Made by a program: the position numbers and the translations under genes. The notes under the pieces are model-generated. The model was not told the DNA's origin, searched no databases, and worked only from the letters and a program-made list of their open reading frames with translations. From NCBI GenBank assembly GCA_965223295.1, contig CBDCWC010000003.1, forward strand, positions 1,344,001-1,408,000: DNA of 64,000 nucleotides, given 5' to 3'. Source of the DNA: Nitrospirales bacterium. GTDB taxonomy: Bacteria > Nitrospirota > Nitrospiria > Nitrospirales > UBA8639. How positions within the stretch are numbered: position 1 is the first letter of the stretch; each line of letters opens with the position of its first letter. This document shows, one piece after another, positions 51,084 to 61,211 of this stretch.

Positions 51084-53426
51084 TTAGGCTGGATATTCCT
51101 TCTGTGCAGGTGAACAGATGGCTGCAAAAACAAAGCAGAGGAGCGCCCCCAAAAATGCTGTAAGCCCAATGCCATGGAGTACAGGCGTCTCAGAGCAGGC
51201 TAGCAGACCAAATATTGTGATAGTTGTGAGACTGCATACGAATATGGCGGAAATAGTTTGCTGACGCTCGGTTGTTGTGTGATGAGGGCGTTGGTAAAAC
51301 AAGGTGTAATCCAAACCAATTCCGAAGACCAATAACAAGGACGCCAGATGAAATAAGGAAAGGCGTTCCCCCAGGGCATGGAGAATGGCTAGGTCGAGCA
51401 TAATCGAGCCTGCGATAGGAAGCAAGACAGTAGCGACTTTGCTAAAAGACTGAAGCCCGAGGCATAAAATGAGGATCAGGAAGCCGATGCCCATCAGTAA
51501 GTATCTCGTGACTTCTTCACGATAGGTTGTGACCATGCCGTTTGATTCGGTTTTCAGGTCCAGGTAATGCACTGACGAGAGAGAGCCCGTTTGAAGGGCT
51601 TGTTGGAGGGCTTGGCGATCGTTGACATCACGGAGAAGAATGGTGCCAACCCATTGCTCCTGATGAGGGTAAAGCAATGACTGGATCTTTGTCCCGAGGG
51701 GTGTGGGTTGTAGAGCCTCGAAATCCAGTGGTCTTAGGTTTTTCGCTTGGGTTATGCTTTCTATGAATGGCTCAAAGAGGCCCTGTTTAAAAGGCAAATC
51801 TTTTTGGGCTTCGATGAGATGCCTTTTTAATGAATTCTCGTCCGGTAATGCCTGTTGTCGTGATATCTGAGCTTTCATACTGGGCAAGTAATCTGCGGCC
51901 ATTTCATACCCAGACAAATGTTTCTGGCTGACCAATTGATCTAATGTGGTTTTCAATGTTTCGCTCTGTTCTAAAACCTGTTGGTCATCTGGTGCGACGA
52001 CCACCATCATGTCCCGCACAGCGGGTGCCCCTAGTTCTTTTCGTAACCAGGCATCGCGGTCACGGAGGGTCTGAGGGACGGGGCTCAGATTCGCGATATC
52101 CACCTCCCAAAAAGGCCTGTCGGACCAACTCAGATACATGAAAGACAAGATCATGCTGATGGGCACGAGGAGCATCAGTTTTGAGCCACCGGGCTGAAGT
52201 GGAAGCCAGGTGGCCCAGGGTAGAGGCGGTTTCACCTTCCCAGGAGCCAGGGTCGGAAGTATCCATCGAGTTGCTGCTGCGGCCGTGAGTAGGCCACTGA
52301 TGGCAAACAATCCCAATTGTGACAGTCCAGGAAAGCCTGAGAATAACATGGCTCCATAACCAATGGCGGTCGTGGTGGCTCCCAGCCGTATCGTAGGCCA
52401 GACTTGTTGAATGGCTGTTTTGGGAGATTCATGAGATTTCAGATGTGCACAAGCATGGAGAGGGTAATCAATCGCCACCCCAATTAACGTGGCGCCAAAG
52501 GCCAAGGTCATGCCGTGGATAAATCCAAACACCAGATACACAGTGATTCCAGCTACGAGGAGCCCCGTGAGAAGAGGCACCAGGCTCAGAAACAGGATTG
52601 TAAATGATCGATAGGTGACCAATAGCAGGGCGATGACGAATCCTCCCCCAAGCATGGAGAGCCAGCGGGCATCCTGCTGAATGACAGAGCGAGCCTGCAC
52701 AGCAAAGACCGAGGGACCTGAGCGAACTAATTCAAGGGCTGCTGGTGATGAATGGCTTGAGAGGGTGGTCCGAATGTCTTTCATTGTCGTTGTCAAAAAC
52801 ACCTGAATAGCTTCTTGTCCATCCAGATCAAATCCCGACGTGGCTGTCTCTGCGAAAAGCAGGGCAAGATCTTCATCAGTAGAAAACCACACCCCATGGA
52901 CCACCTTCATTGCGTTCTTGGACTTCCAGCGACTCAATATGTTTTGAAATTCACCGGTAGGATCTTCAGGGATGCGTTTTTTAAAAAACGCAGGCAGAGG
53001 ATTGGATAGATCTTGGAGCCGATGTTCCAAGCTCTGTCGTAACCTGTCTGTGGTGAATCGTTCGGGAGAAATCGTCGGGCTGAGAAGGTACCGGTATTGA
53101 TAGAGCAGCTCTTGATCGGATCCCAGATTTTGGCCTTCTCCGTTATAGACATGAAGGAATTGATTGTCGTTCCGCATAGCCGCGGCCAGTTTCTTGCTGG
53201 CCTCAGCTAGGAGAGGCGACGGTGCTCCCTGTATTCCTAACAACAGAATTCTGGATGAAGGCCCGGACTGCAGTTGATCCACAAATAATTGTTGTGAAAG
53301 GGACCCTGTTGAGGGAAGCAGGAGAGGCAGTTCTGTTTGAATGGGAATAGACGAGAGGGCAAATGCAGACCCCAGGGTCATAACGAGTAACCACAGAACC
53401 CAGGGTGTGGCTCGGACGTCCGTCAC
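51084..53426 (-). CDS. MMPL/RND-family exporter
   Basis: Two membrane bundles with GVAIDYP and GIGLDYT motifs, separated by large periplasmic loops. Confidence 0.88.
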   Translation of the reverse strand: MTDVRATPWVLWLLVMTLGSAFALSSIPIQTELPLLLPSTGSLSQQLFVDQLQSGPSSRILLLGIQGAPSPLLAEASKKLAAAMRNDNQFLHVYNGEGQNLGSDQELLYQYRYLLSPTISPERFTTDRLRQSLEHRLQDLSNPLPAFFKKRIPEDPTGEFQNILSRWKSKNAMKVVHGVWFSTDEDLALLFAETATSGFDLDGQEAIQVFLTTTMKDIRTTLSSHSSPAALELVRSGPSVFAVQARSVIQQDARWLSMLGGGFVIALLLVTYRSFTILFLSLVPLLTGLLVAGITVYLVFGFIHGMTLAFGATLIGVAIDYPLHACAHLKSHESPKTAIQQVWPTIRLGATTTAIGYGAMLFSGFPGLSQLGLFAISGLLTAAAATRWILPTLAPGKVKPPLPWATWLPLQPGGSKLMLLVPISMILSFMYLSWSDRPFWEVDIANLSPVPQTLRDRDAWLRKELGAPAVRDMMVVVAPDDQQVLEQSETLKTTLDQLVSQKHLSGYEMAADYLPSMKAQISRQQALPDENSLKRHLIEAQKDLPFKQGLFEPFIESITQAKNLRPLDFEALQPTPLGTKIQSLLYPHQEQWVGTILLRDVNDRQALQQALQTGSLSSVHYLDLKTESNGMVTTYREEVTRYLLMGIGFLILILCLGLQSFSKVATVLLPIAGSIMLDLAILHALGERLSLFHLASLLLVFGIGLDYTLFYQRPHHTTTERQQTISAIFVCSLTTITIFGLLACSETPVLHGIGLTAFLGALLCFVFAAICSPAQKEYPA

Positions 53427-54079
53427 GGAACCTTGGGGGCCAGTTGGAGCTCGGATCGATCACCACTCGTTTCATAAATGGCGATGTTGCCAAGGTGTGA
53501 CTGCTGCCCCTTAAGGCGGATACAGTCTACACCTTCTCTGTCCTGATGTGTGATAGGAGCAAGCTGTAGTTGCCAGATTTGGTATGTGCCTGCCATCGAA
53601 ACATGAAAAATTTTTCGAAGAGTGTGTTCGTCTCCGTTAAAAAGGGCTCGTAAGCCTTCAACTAACGTTGCCAGGGACGGGTATTCTCGCAGAGAAAAGG
53701 TTCGGGAGATTTTCCGGGAAAGGTTTTCATACAGTAGGCTATCTCCTTCGATGATGAAGGATTCTTCACTTGGCATGTACACATGCTTTTCTAGGTGGTT
53801 AGGTGGGTGAAAGGCCAACGTGCCTTCCTTGTGTGATGGAGTTGTCAGCATGTGAGAGTGATAGGTCTCATGAAAGGATCGCGCACTGATTGTCGATTGC
53901 TTCAGATTTTCAATAACTTGAGATAATTCAGGATGTTTGTCTGAAAAGGAAATAGATGGTTGGGTGTCTGAACTGGATTCACATCCATAGGCAGACGGAG
54001 AGGCTGCGACCTGTAGGCACAGTCCCCAACAGATGATGCAACAGAAAATTGGCTTACTGATCTGTTTCCCAAAAATCAT
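53423..54079 (-). CDS. LolA-like lipid/lipoprotein carrier protein
   Basis: Signal peptide; FHETY...EGTLAFHPPNHLEK...WQLQLAP; start trimmed. Confidence 0.72.
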   Translation of the reverse strand: MIFGKQISKPIFCCIICWGLCLQVAASPSAYGCESSSDTQPSISFSDKHPELSQVIENLKQSTISARSFHETYHSHMLTTPSHKEGTLAFHPPNHLEKHVYMPSEESFIIEGDSLLYENLSRKISRTFSLREYPSLATLVEGLRALFNGDEHTLRKIFHVSMAGTYQIWQLQLAPITHQDREGVDCIRLKGQQSHLGNIAIYETSGDRSELQLAPKVP

Positions 54080-54950
54080 AAAAATTAAACCAATTGTTTG
54101 GAGCCATCTGGCAGTAATGTTCCAAGCGATGCGCATATCGTTGAGTCCATTTCTGAATCCCTTGGGCTCGATTTTCTCGTGCAATAGATACGAGTTCGGT
54201 AAATAGTTCAAAGTGAATATCATACCGCCCGCCACCACGATACAAACAAAAAAATAACACGACTGGTACCTTGAGGATACTGGCCAGTAACATCGGTCCA
54301 GAAGGAAATTGCGCGCGGTGCCCGAAAAATTCACAATGTACTACCTTTTCATGTTTGAGGGGGCGATCACCTAGCATACCCACGAGGCCACCTGCATCAA
54401 GGCATTCTTTGGCGCGTAACATGGTCTCTGGTTCGCCGACAGGGATAATGCAATCGGGGAGGGAAGGATCAAGTTTCATCAATACCTCATTCAGAATTGG
54501 GGCGTTCTCTTGATGCATCAGTAGCTTAATTGGGACGTTCCTGTGGGCTAACCCTGTGGCTCGGAGTATCTCGAAACTTCCTAAGTGTGAACCAAGAAGG
54601 AGACAGCCCTGTTTGCGGTCAACGCGACTCAAAAGTACGTCTTGATCGCGAATTGTGAGGTCAAATTCGTCGTGGCGTCCAGCTAAAATGAAAGTCCGGT
54701 CTAACAATGTTGAGGCAAAAGCATGATATTGATGAAAAAGATCAGTGAGCGTCACAGGACGCTGCAAGACGCGCCTTAAAAAGGTCTTTATCCCTCTGCT
54801 TGCCGTCCAGGAAAACAACACATAATAGACACATATGGGGTACAGTAAGACGCGGGCAGTTTTTCTTCCCAGCCGGAGTGCCACCCACAGCATGAACTGG
54901 TAGGCCCAGGGTTGTCCCCGTTCCCGCTGTGCCAGCCAACGTTTACTCAT
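54054..54950 (-). CDS. Lipid A lauroyltransferase-like acyltransferase
   Basis: WLAQRERG, LLGSHLGSFE, MLGDR and WFNFYDFW motifs. Confidence 0.87.
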   Translation of the reverse strand: MSKRWLAQRERGQPWAYQFMLWVALRLGRKTARVLLYPICVYYVLFSWTASRGIKTFLRRVLQRPVTLTDLFHQYHAFASTLLDRTFILAGRHDEFDLTIRDQDVLLSRVDRKQGCLLLGSHLGSFEILRATGLAHRNVPIKLLMHQENAPILNEVLMKLDPSLPDCIIPVGEPETMLRAKECLDAGGLVGMLGDRPLKHEKVVHCEFFGHRAQFPSGPMLLASILKVPVVLFFCLYRGGGRYDIHFELFTELVSIARENRAQGIQKWTQRYAHRLEHYCQMAPNNWFNFYDFWETDQ

Positions 54951-55264
54951 GAGGGAAAGTGTCGTTCACTGGCTTGAAAACGGAATTGGCCGGAGGCAAT
55001 TCGCTTTGAGCCAACTTGGCATGTGAAGGTCACCTCATAGTCGGGAAGGATATCGAATGTGAGTTGAACAACTTCGCTTGGGCGGAGAGGGGAATGAAAC
55101 TTAATAGAAGGCACTGCGGAAAGCAGCCAGGGCGTTTCTAGAGACTGGTTTACTCGTCCAAGAATTTCTCCAAGCATGACGACTCCTGGTACAATAGGAT
55201 TCCCTGGGAAATGCCCGGATAACGAAGGGTGCGAAGGAGGTATGGTGAAGGTAGTCATGGGCAT
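54947..55264 (-). CDS. FabZ/FabA-like dehydratase
   Basis: HPSLSGHFPGNPIVPGV and KFHSPLRP motifs. Confidence 0.85.
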   Translation of the reverse strand: MPMTTFTIPPSHPSLSGHFPGNPIVPGVVMLGEILGRVNQSLETPWLLSAVPSIKFHSPLRPSEVVQLTFDILPDYEVTFTCQVGSKRIASGQFRFQASERHFPS

Positions 55265-55280
55265 AACAGGAACCCGTTAT

Positions 55281-56630
55281 TTAGCCGGCGGGTGCTACGA
55301 TTGGGCTTTTGTGGGTCAACATTAACTTATCGATATCATCTTTGAGTAATTTCCCCGTACGGTTACGAGGAAGTGTTTTTACGAGATACATCGGACGTGG
55401 TAAAAATACAGGCGCTATTTTTGTGCGAAGGGCTGTGAGGATAGATTCAGTACTTTTCCCTGGCGCCACCACAAAGGCCATTAAACGTGTCACGGATTCT
55501 TTTTCATCTTCCGGCATATAAAACGTCCCATCGAGGACGCCATCAATAGATAGGAGTTTCACATTCAAATCATCCAGTGATGCGCGATGTCCTCCAATGT
55601 TAATGAGATGGCTAGGGCGTCCTTCCAACGTGAATTGCTGTGGGTTTGTTGCCTGAATGGTATCAGGAATGGGCACAGAGCTTGAAAAATACGGCGTACT
55701 GACGGCATAGCCATCACTATCCCCCACCAGAGCGAGATCAGATAGCAACGTCCAATGATTTTCTTGAACTGGCTGGCGGGTGGCAATGGTGCCCGCCTCC
55801 GCAAACCCATAGATTTCTACCATCGTGGTCTGAAGCAATGTTTCTACGTCCTGTGCTAGAGACTTGGGGAGAGGAGCTGTCGCGGAAAGTACATAGTTCA
55901 CTTCTGGAAATTTGGTTTCTGCCTTCACGCAGGCACGGAGATGAATGGGAGTCGAAACTAAAATTTTTTTAGAGGCATGTTGGTGCAAGACCGTCGCAAT
56001 GTCCTCAGGGAAAAAAGGCCTTCCCGAGTGATATGACCATCCCTGTTGCAGGGGTAACATGATGGATGTTTCTAAACCATACATATGTTGATGAGGGACG
56101 GTGGCTATAATAGTCACTGGACCCTGATCTGAGACAAGCACCCGTTGGGCAGTTTTTTTGGCAATCTGGACCATGGAGCCCCATGATTTGAGATTTGGGC
56201 GAGGAAGGCCGGTTGTTCCAGACGTAAAGGCAATCGCGGCAATATGCGTATCAAGAATGTTGGGATTCTTTAGGGGCGGCTGATCGGGGATGGAATCAAT
56301 TTTGACGGAAAGACCTTCTATGCCTTCAATCTGAATTGGTTCATCTGTTACATAGTAGCAATCTGGATACTCGCGTAGAAGTTGTTGAAAAACCTCTGGT
56401 GATTGATTGGGTGGGAGCAAGGTCGTTTGGTTGTGAGAGAGGGCTGCCGCGAAACTTATTAAAAAGGCATAGCGATCTTGGCACAGATTCATGACGTATT
56501 GGTTGCGAGGCAGTTGATCGTGAATAGATCTGACGTGCGATAAGAAAGTGTGAGCAAACATGGCTCTTCCATGGTACCAAGCAACGGGATCATCCTGTTG
56601 ATATGGACCAAGAAATGGTGAAGTGGTCAT
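55281..56630 (-). CDS. AMP-dependent aryl acid:ACP ligase (XanA2-like)
   Basis: FTSGTTG, TVPHQHMYG, SATAPL, EIYG and LPRNRTGK motifs. Confidence 0.87.
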   Translation of the reverse strand: MTTSPFLGPYQQDDPVAWYHGRAMFAHTFLSHVRSIHDQLPRNQYVMNLCQDRYAFLISFAAALSHNQTTLLPPNQSPEVFQQLLREYPDCYYVTDEPIQIEGIEGLSVKIDSIPDQPPLKNPNILDTHIAAIAFTSGTTGLPRPNLKSWGSMVQIAKKTAQRVLVSDQGPVTIIATVPHQHMYGLETSIMLPLQQGWSYHSGRPFFPEDIATVLHQHASKKILVSTPIHLRACVKAETKFPEVNYVLSATAPLPKSLAQDVETLLQTTMVEIYGFAEAGTIATRQPVQENHWTLLSDLALVGDSDGYAVSTPYFSSSVPIPDTIQATNPQQFTLEGRPSHLINIGGHRASLDDLNVKLLSIDGVLDGTFYMPEDEKESVTRLMAFVVAPGKSTESILTALRTKIAPVFLPRPMYLVKTLPRNRTGKLLKDDIDKLMLTHKSPIVAPAG

Positions 56631-56777
56631 GTGGTGGTTTGAAGGGATGAATCGTGATTGGTGAGGAAGAAGTTGACTGGGCAGGAGGCATCCCTCAAAT
56701 AATAACTGGTCTTCGAAAGAGCAAAGGGTCTTAGGAAAATTTTTATGGGTTGTAGATAGTCCAAGGGTATTCTGCTA

Positions 56778-57047
56778 TTAGGTAGTAACCCTGTTCTTCT
56801 GGATCGTTTCACACAGCGACCGAAGGGATGAAAAGATGGTCGCATTGTCCGGATCATCCGAGCGTAATTTGTATCCGTAATTCTGATGAACGACCAGGGC
56901 AATTTCTAAAGCATCGATGGAATCCAATCCTAAGCCTTCTCCAAATAAGGGATCTAACGGAGGAATGTCTGCTGGTTGTACTTTCAAGTTCAGTGTGGTC
57001 ACAAGGAGTTGAGCGATTTCGGTTTCAAAAGGGGTCTGGTCAGGCAA
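56778..57047 (-). CDS. Acyl carrier protein (XanC-like)
   Basis: LFGEGLGLDSIDALE phosphopantetheine motif; aggagg RBS with TTG start. Confidence 0.93.
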   Translation of the reverse strand: MPDQTPFETEIAQLLVTTLNLKVQPADIPPLDPLFGEGLGLDSIDALEIALVVHQNYGYKLRSDDPDNATIFSSLRSLCETIQKNRVTT

Positions 57048-57262
57048 CGAACGTTCCTCCTTGCATGAGTGATGGTTTGAGACAGATTAATGTCTATCTT
57101 CCGATTGTCCTGTTTGTATTGAGAGATGTCAATATCATGTCCTTTTGCAGGAAAAGTTGGTCTTATTCTGCCTTTTGACACCCCTGACTTTTTAAGAAAC
57201 GAAGAATCAGCATCGTCCCATGATGTTGGAAAACCTGGTGAGGGGGAGCTGTGGAAGATTGC

Positions 57263-57291
57263 TTGACACATGTAAAATGACTCCGTAGGGT
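57263..57291 (+). promoter_or_regulatory. Possible sigma70 promoter of the radical SAM gene
   Basis: TTGACA-17 bp-TAGGGT. Confidence 0.45.
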
Positions 57292-57416
57292 TAGACTTGG
57301 TCGGTGTGGCATTGTTTAGGTGTTATGACCGCCCAGCCCTCTAAGCATCTTTCTTCTTCCGACAATCATCTCCTCATACCAATGGCGAATGCCGACCTAA
57401 CTCCGAGGATGATTCT

Positions 57417-59144
57417 TTGAAAACGAAACAATCATTTCATTTGGTCCTCATTAAACCCTCGCATTATGATGATGATGGATACGTCATCCAATGGGGACGA
57501 TCGGCGATTCCCTCCAATAGCCTTGCTGCCTTGAATGCGCTTGCTAAGGATTGTGTTGAGCGGCAGGTGTTGGGTGAAGAGGTCGATATTCATATCGAGG
57601 TCTATGATGAAACCAATACCGTCATCCCAACGAAGCGTATTATTCAGCGAATACGTCGGGGCAAGAGTGGCATGGTCGGATTCGTTGGAGTACAAACGAA
57701 CCAGTTCCCTCGTTCGCTGGATTTAGGACGGGAGTTTCTTCAAGCCGGGATTCCAGTGGTCATCGGAGGGTTTCATGTCAGTGGATGTTACGCCATGTTG
57801 AAGGAGTTGCCTGTAGATATTCAACAGGCTTTGGCCGAAGGGTTTACGCTGATTGCCGGCGAAGCTGAAGGGCATTTGGATATGATTCTCAAAGATGCGT
57901 ACGAACAGCGCTTAATGCGTTCTTATAATTTTTTAGACCAAACGCCAGAGTTGGCGGGGACGCCTTCGCCTTTTCTTCCTGCCGGTTTGGTGAAAAAAAC
58001 GTTTCGACGGCTTTCCAGTTTCGATGCCGGGCGTGGATGCCCATTTCAATGTAGTTTTTGCACGATTATCAATGTCCAAGGTCGGTCATCTCGATGGAGG
58101 TCGCCTGATGATATTGAGGCCCTCATTAGGGCAAACCTTCAGCAGGGGGTCTGGAGATTTTTTATCACAGATGACGATTTTGCGAGAAATCAAGGCTGGG
58201 AAGCCATTTTGGACAGAATGATTCATCTTCGTGAGCAAGAAGGCTTCCGGCTTTCACTCACCATCCAGGTTGATACCTTGTGCCATAAAGTTCCACGGTT
58301 TATTGAAAAGGCCGTGCGAGCTGGGTGCCATAATGTCTTTCTGGGTTTAGAAAATCTGAATCCGACATCGTTGGCTGGAGCGAAAAAAAGACAAAATAAA
58401 ATCGGGGAATATCGCAAAATGCTGCAAATGTGGAAACACCACGGATGTACAACCGTGGCCGGCTATATTCTTGGATTTCCTGTGGATACTCCAGACAGCA
58501 TTGCCCGTGATATTGAGATCATTCAAAAAGAGCTTCCTGTGGATCTTGTGGAATTTTTTATTCTCACGCCCTTGCCAGGGTCTGAAGATCATCAACGTCT
58601 TTACGAGCAGGGCGTCGAGATGGAGCCTGATATGAATGCCTACGATTTAGAGCATGTCACTATGGCACATCCCCGGATGACCAAAGAAGAACTAGCGCAG
58701 GCCTACCGAATGGCTTGGCGGAAATATTATACATGGGAACATATAGAAATTCTGATGCGCCGGGCTGCTGCAACAGGACAACCAGTCATTAAACTGATGT
58801 TCTTAATTCTGTGTTTTTACGGTTGTATCATGCTTGAGGGTGTTCATCCCTTGGAGGGGGGCGTTGTCCGGTGGCGTGGCAGGAAATCCCGGCGTCCCGG
58901 TCTGGCAGTAGAAGGACGCTGGATTTTCTACCCCACCGAAATTGCTCGTGCATTTACGACCGGATGGCAATGGTGCCGGTTGGGATGGAAATTGAATCAG
59001 CTCCGACGAAAAGTGGAAGGAGATCCGTTAAAGTCTCAATATACCGATGTGGCGCTGATGTCGACTGAAGATGAGTTTGAAGATCAACTTGATTTACATC
59101 AAACTTACAATCCTCTTCTTGGCATAAAAAGCCTTGCCAAATAA
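57417..59144 (+). CDS. Cobalamin-binding radical SAM protein (BchE-like family)
   Basis: LIKPSHYDDDGYVIQW N-terminus, IGGFHVSG, CPFQCSFC and TPLPGSEDH motifs. Confidence 0.88.
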   Translation: MKTKQSFHLVLIKPSHYDDDGYVIQWGRSAIPSNSLAALNALAKDCVERQVLGEEVDIHIEVYDETNTVIPTKRIIQRIRRGKSGMVGFVGVQTNQFPRSLDLGREFLQAGIPVVIGGFHVSGCYAMLKELPVDIQQALAEGFTLIAGEAEGHLDMILKDAYEQRLMRSYNFLDQTPELAGTPSPFLPAGLVKKTFRRLSSFDAGRGCPFQCSFCTIINVQGRSSRWRSPDDIEALIRANLQQGVWRFFITDDDFARNQGWEAILDRMIHLREQEGFRLSLTIQVDTLCHKVPRFIEKAVRAGCHNVFLGLENLNPTSLAGAKKRQNKIGEYRKMLQMWKHHGCTTVAGYILGFPVDTPDSIARDIEIIQKELPVDLVEFFILTPLPGSEDHQRLYEQGVEMEPDMNAYDLEHVTMAHPRMTKEELAQAYRMAWRKYYTWEHIEILMRRAAATGQPVIKLMFLILCFYGCIMLEGVHPLEGGVVRWRGRKSRRPGLAVEGRWIFYPTEIARAFTTGWQWCRLGWKLNQLRRKVEGDPLKSQYTDVALMSTEDEFEDQLDLHQTYNPLLGIKSLAK

Positions 59145-59247
59145 AACCACCTCAGATTCGTTGGCTCACATTGAGAAGCTGGGAAGACGAGAAAAATTTG
59201 GTACAGTATCAGAGAACAACTGGAAGAACCCGAACGTTGGAGGAAGA

Positions 59248-59862
59248 ATGACACCATTGGCTTTGAGACGTGTATGCTGCGCGATCGTTGGGTTTGTCCT
59301 TATTGGCGGGTTTGGCAATAATGTTGAGGCGAAAGCTGGAGAGGATGATTCGGTCCTTATTTCTGGCGGGGGGGGAATTTTTTACCCATTTAAGGGTAAA
59401 TCAGGCTTCAATGCGGTGGTTCAAGCTGCAGGAAAAATTACACCTCAGGAACGAATGGGAGTGGAATTGGAGTATCGTCAATATGAAACGGAGCTGTTTA
59501 ATGCGAAGGATATTGATACACAGTCCTATATTTTTCGCATATTTGGCCACTATCTTTTCCCATTACGGGGGATCACTCCCTATCTGGGGATTGGGTTGAA
59601 TATGGCGGTCAATGTCTTCGACAAGAAAGAAATTGAAAGAAAGCGACCTTCGGTCAATGTAAAACGAGGTTGGGGTTTTGGGTACGGCATTATGGGATTA
59701 GCGGGTGTAGAGGTTCCGGTGGGGAGAGTGATTTTTTTTGGAGAAGGTCGGGTGAGTGGTGATTTTCAACTCTCTAACTATAAAAAGTCCGGGAAGAATA
59801 AAATTAGGATTGAAAATTTTAGTGGTCTTACTGGGATGGGTGGGATTCGCGTTCGCTTTTAG
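59248..59862 (+). CDS. Outer-membrane beta-barrel protein (8-stranded type)
   Basis: ggagg RBS, signal peptide, TPYLGIG, alternating strands and terminal Phe (GIRVRF). Confidence 0.75.
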   Translation: MTPLALRRVCCAIVGFVLIGGFGNNVEAKAGEDDSVLISGGGGIFYPFKGKSGFNAVVQAAGKITPQERMGVELEYRQYETELFNAKDIDTQSYIFRIFGHYLFPLRGITPYLGIGLNMAVNVFDKKEIERKRPSVNVKRGWGFGYGIMGLAGVEVPVGRVIFFGEGRVSGDFQLSNYKKSGKNKIRIENFSGLTGMGGIRVRF

Positions 59863-59894
59863 CACGTAAAAAGAATGGTCGTCTGGAGGGCATT

Positions 59895-60194
59895 TTAGGT
59901 TTTTTGACTCTCCTGTAGGTAAAAACGGGCCCGTTGTATTTTATCGATACAATTTGGATATTTATCAAATTGTTGCTGAATTTTTGCCGTACTCAATAAT
60001 GTCGCCGCCTTTGTCCAGCTGACCGTCCCTCCGAGTCCCTGTATTGTAGCTTCATCAAGTTCCTGAAAAGCTGAATTAAGTCCCTCCCGGCATTCGGTCA
60101 CCAGTTGGAGGTTTGCGGGTGCACCAGCGCAATGGGTCAAAGCCAAGAGAAAGAAGCTGGTGCATACCAGCCAATGGTGAGAGATGATGCCCAT
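59895..60194 (-). CDS. Small lipoprotein with Cys pair
   Basis: Hydrophobic signal with LTH-C; helical domain C...C. Confidence 0.65.
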   Translation of the reverse strand: MGIISHHWLVCTSFFLLALTHCAGAPANLQLVTECREGLNSAFQELDEATIQGLGGTVSWTKAATLLSTAKIQQQFDKYPNCIDKIQRARFYLQESQKT

Positions 60195-60303
60195 CCCTAT
60201 TTTTTCGGTTTCTTTTTATCAGACTTTAATTAAGGAACAGAAGTGTCATAAACATTTAGCGGTGCGTCATAGCTGACAAGACGGGGAAAGAGTGAATATG
60301 TGT

Positions 60304-61068
60304 TTAGAGTTTGCGGCCGTAATAGTCTCTGATTAATCCACCAAATAAGGAAAACTGCTGGCTTTGAGCAAAGCCTGATTGTTCTAGAGCTTGAAGGATG
60401 GCTTGGGGCGGTACACAGGATTCGATCGTATCCCAATAATAACGCATGAGTGACCGAGCCTGTGGATTTTGTGTTCTCACATAGGATACCCAGGGAATCA
60501 CACTTTTTAAGAAGAAGCGGCTGATCTGGTAGTGCAGAGCAGATTCGGGCCGAGAAATTTCCAGAAGGAGAAGTCTCCCTCCAGGTTTCAGGACACGAAG
60601 ATATTCTTTGAATGTCAGGGTGAGGTCTGAAACGTGACGAAGGGCGTAACCCATGCTAATAAAATCAAATCTAGAGTTAGAAAACGGGAGGTCTTCAGCC
60701 TTGCTTTGCAAAACGGATGTGATGCCTTGCTTCTTAGCTTCGGTAATCATTCCGTGACTTGGGTCTAACGCCACGACCTTGCCTGTTTCCCCTACGATCT
60801 GTTGAGCGCACATTGAAACGGTTCCTGGTCCACATGCGACATCCAGAATGGTATGGCCCTCTGAGAGGCCGGATCTTTTGAGCGCTTGCTGTCTATATTG
60901 TTTTCCTGTTCCAAAGGATAAGGCTTGACTGATCCAGTCATAATCTTGGGCGACCTGATCAAATTGTGCTGCGAGAAGTTTTCCGCGTTGCTCTTCAGTC
61001 TGGTAGTAGTCTGAAAGAGGGGGGTGTGGAGCCAGTGAAGAGGTGGAAGGTTTAGAAGCAGAAGCCAT
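60304..61068 (-). CDS. Class I SAM-dependent methyltransferase (UbiE/MenG-like)
   Basis: LDVACGPG, AEDLPF, GYALRHV and RVLKPGG motifs. Confidence 0.88.
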   Translation of the reverse strand: MASASKPSTSSLAPHPPLSDYYQTEEQRGKLLAAQFDQVAQDYDWISQALSFGTGKQYRQQALKRSGLSEGHTILDVACGPGTVSMCAQQIVGETGKVVALDPSHGMITEAKKQGITSVLQSKAEDLPFSNSRFDFISMGYALRHVSDLTLTFKEYLRVLKPGGRLLLLEISRPESALHYQISRFFLKSVIPWVSYVRTQNPQARSLMRYYWDTIESCVPPQAILQALEQSGFAQSQQFSLFGGLIRDYYGRKL

Positions 61069-61211
61069 AGGTGGTAAGCCGTGTCTATTGATAGATGATT
61101 ATCACAAGCTTATCATGAGCCTATCCCGATGAGATAGTCTGCACGTATCATCACCATGGCAATCAACTTCCACTGATTAGACGGAAGCATCTGAGGGGGC
61201 TTAACGGTTGA

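Noticed and set aside
53423-54334. Long N-terminal extensions in the ORF track (LolA-like, maf, radical SAM 22408, DUF4105, beta-barrel 59134)
   Set aside because: They overlap neighbouring genes; downstream starts with an RBS or signal peptide are more plausible.
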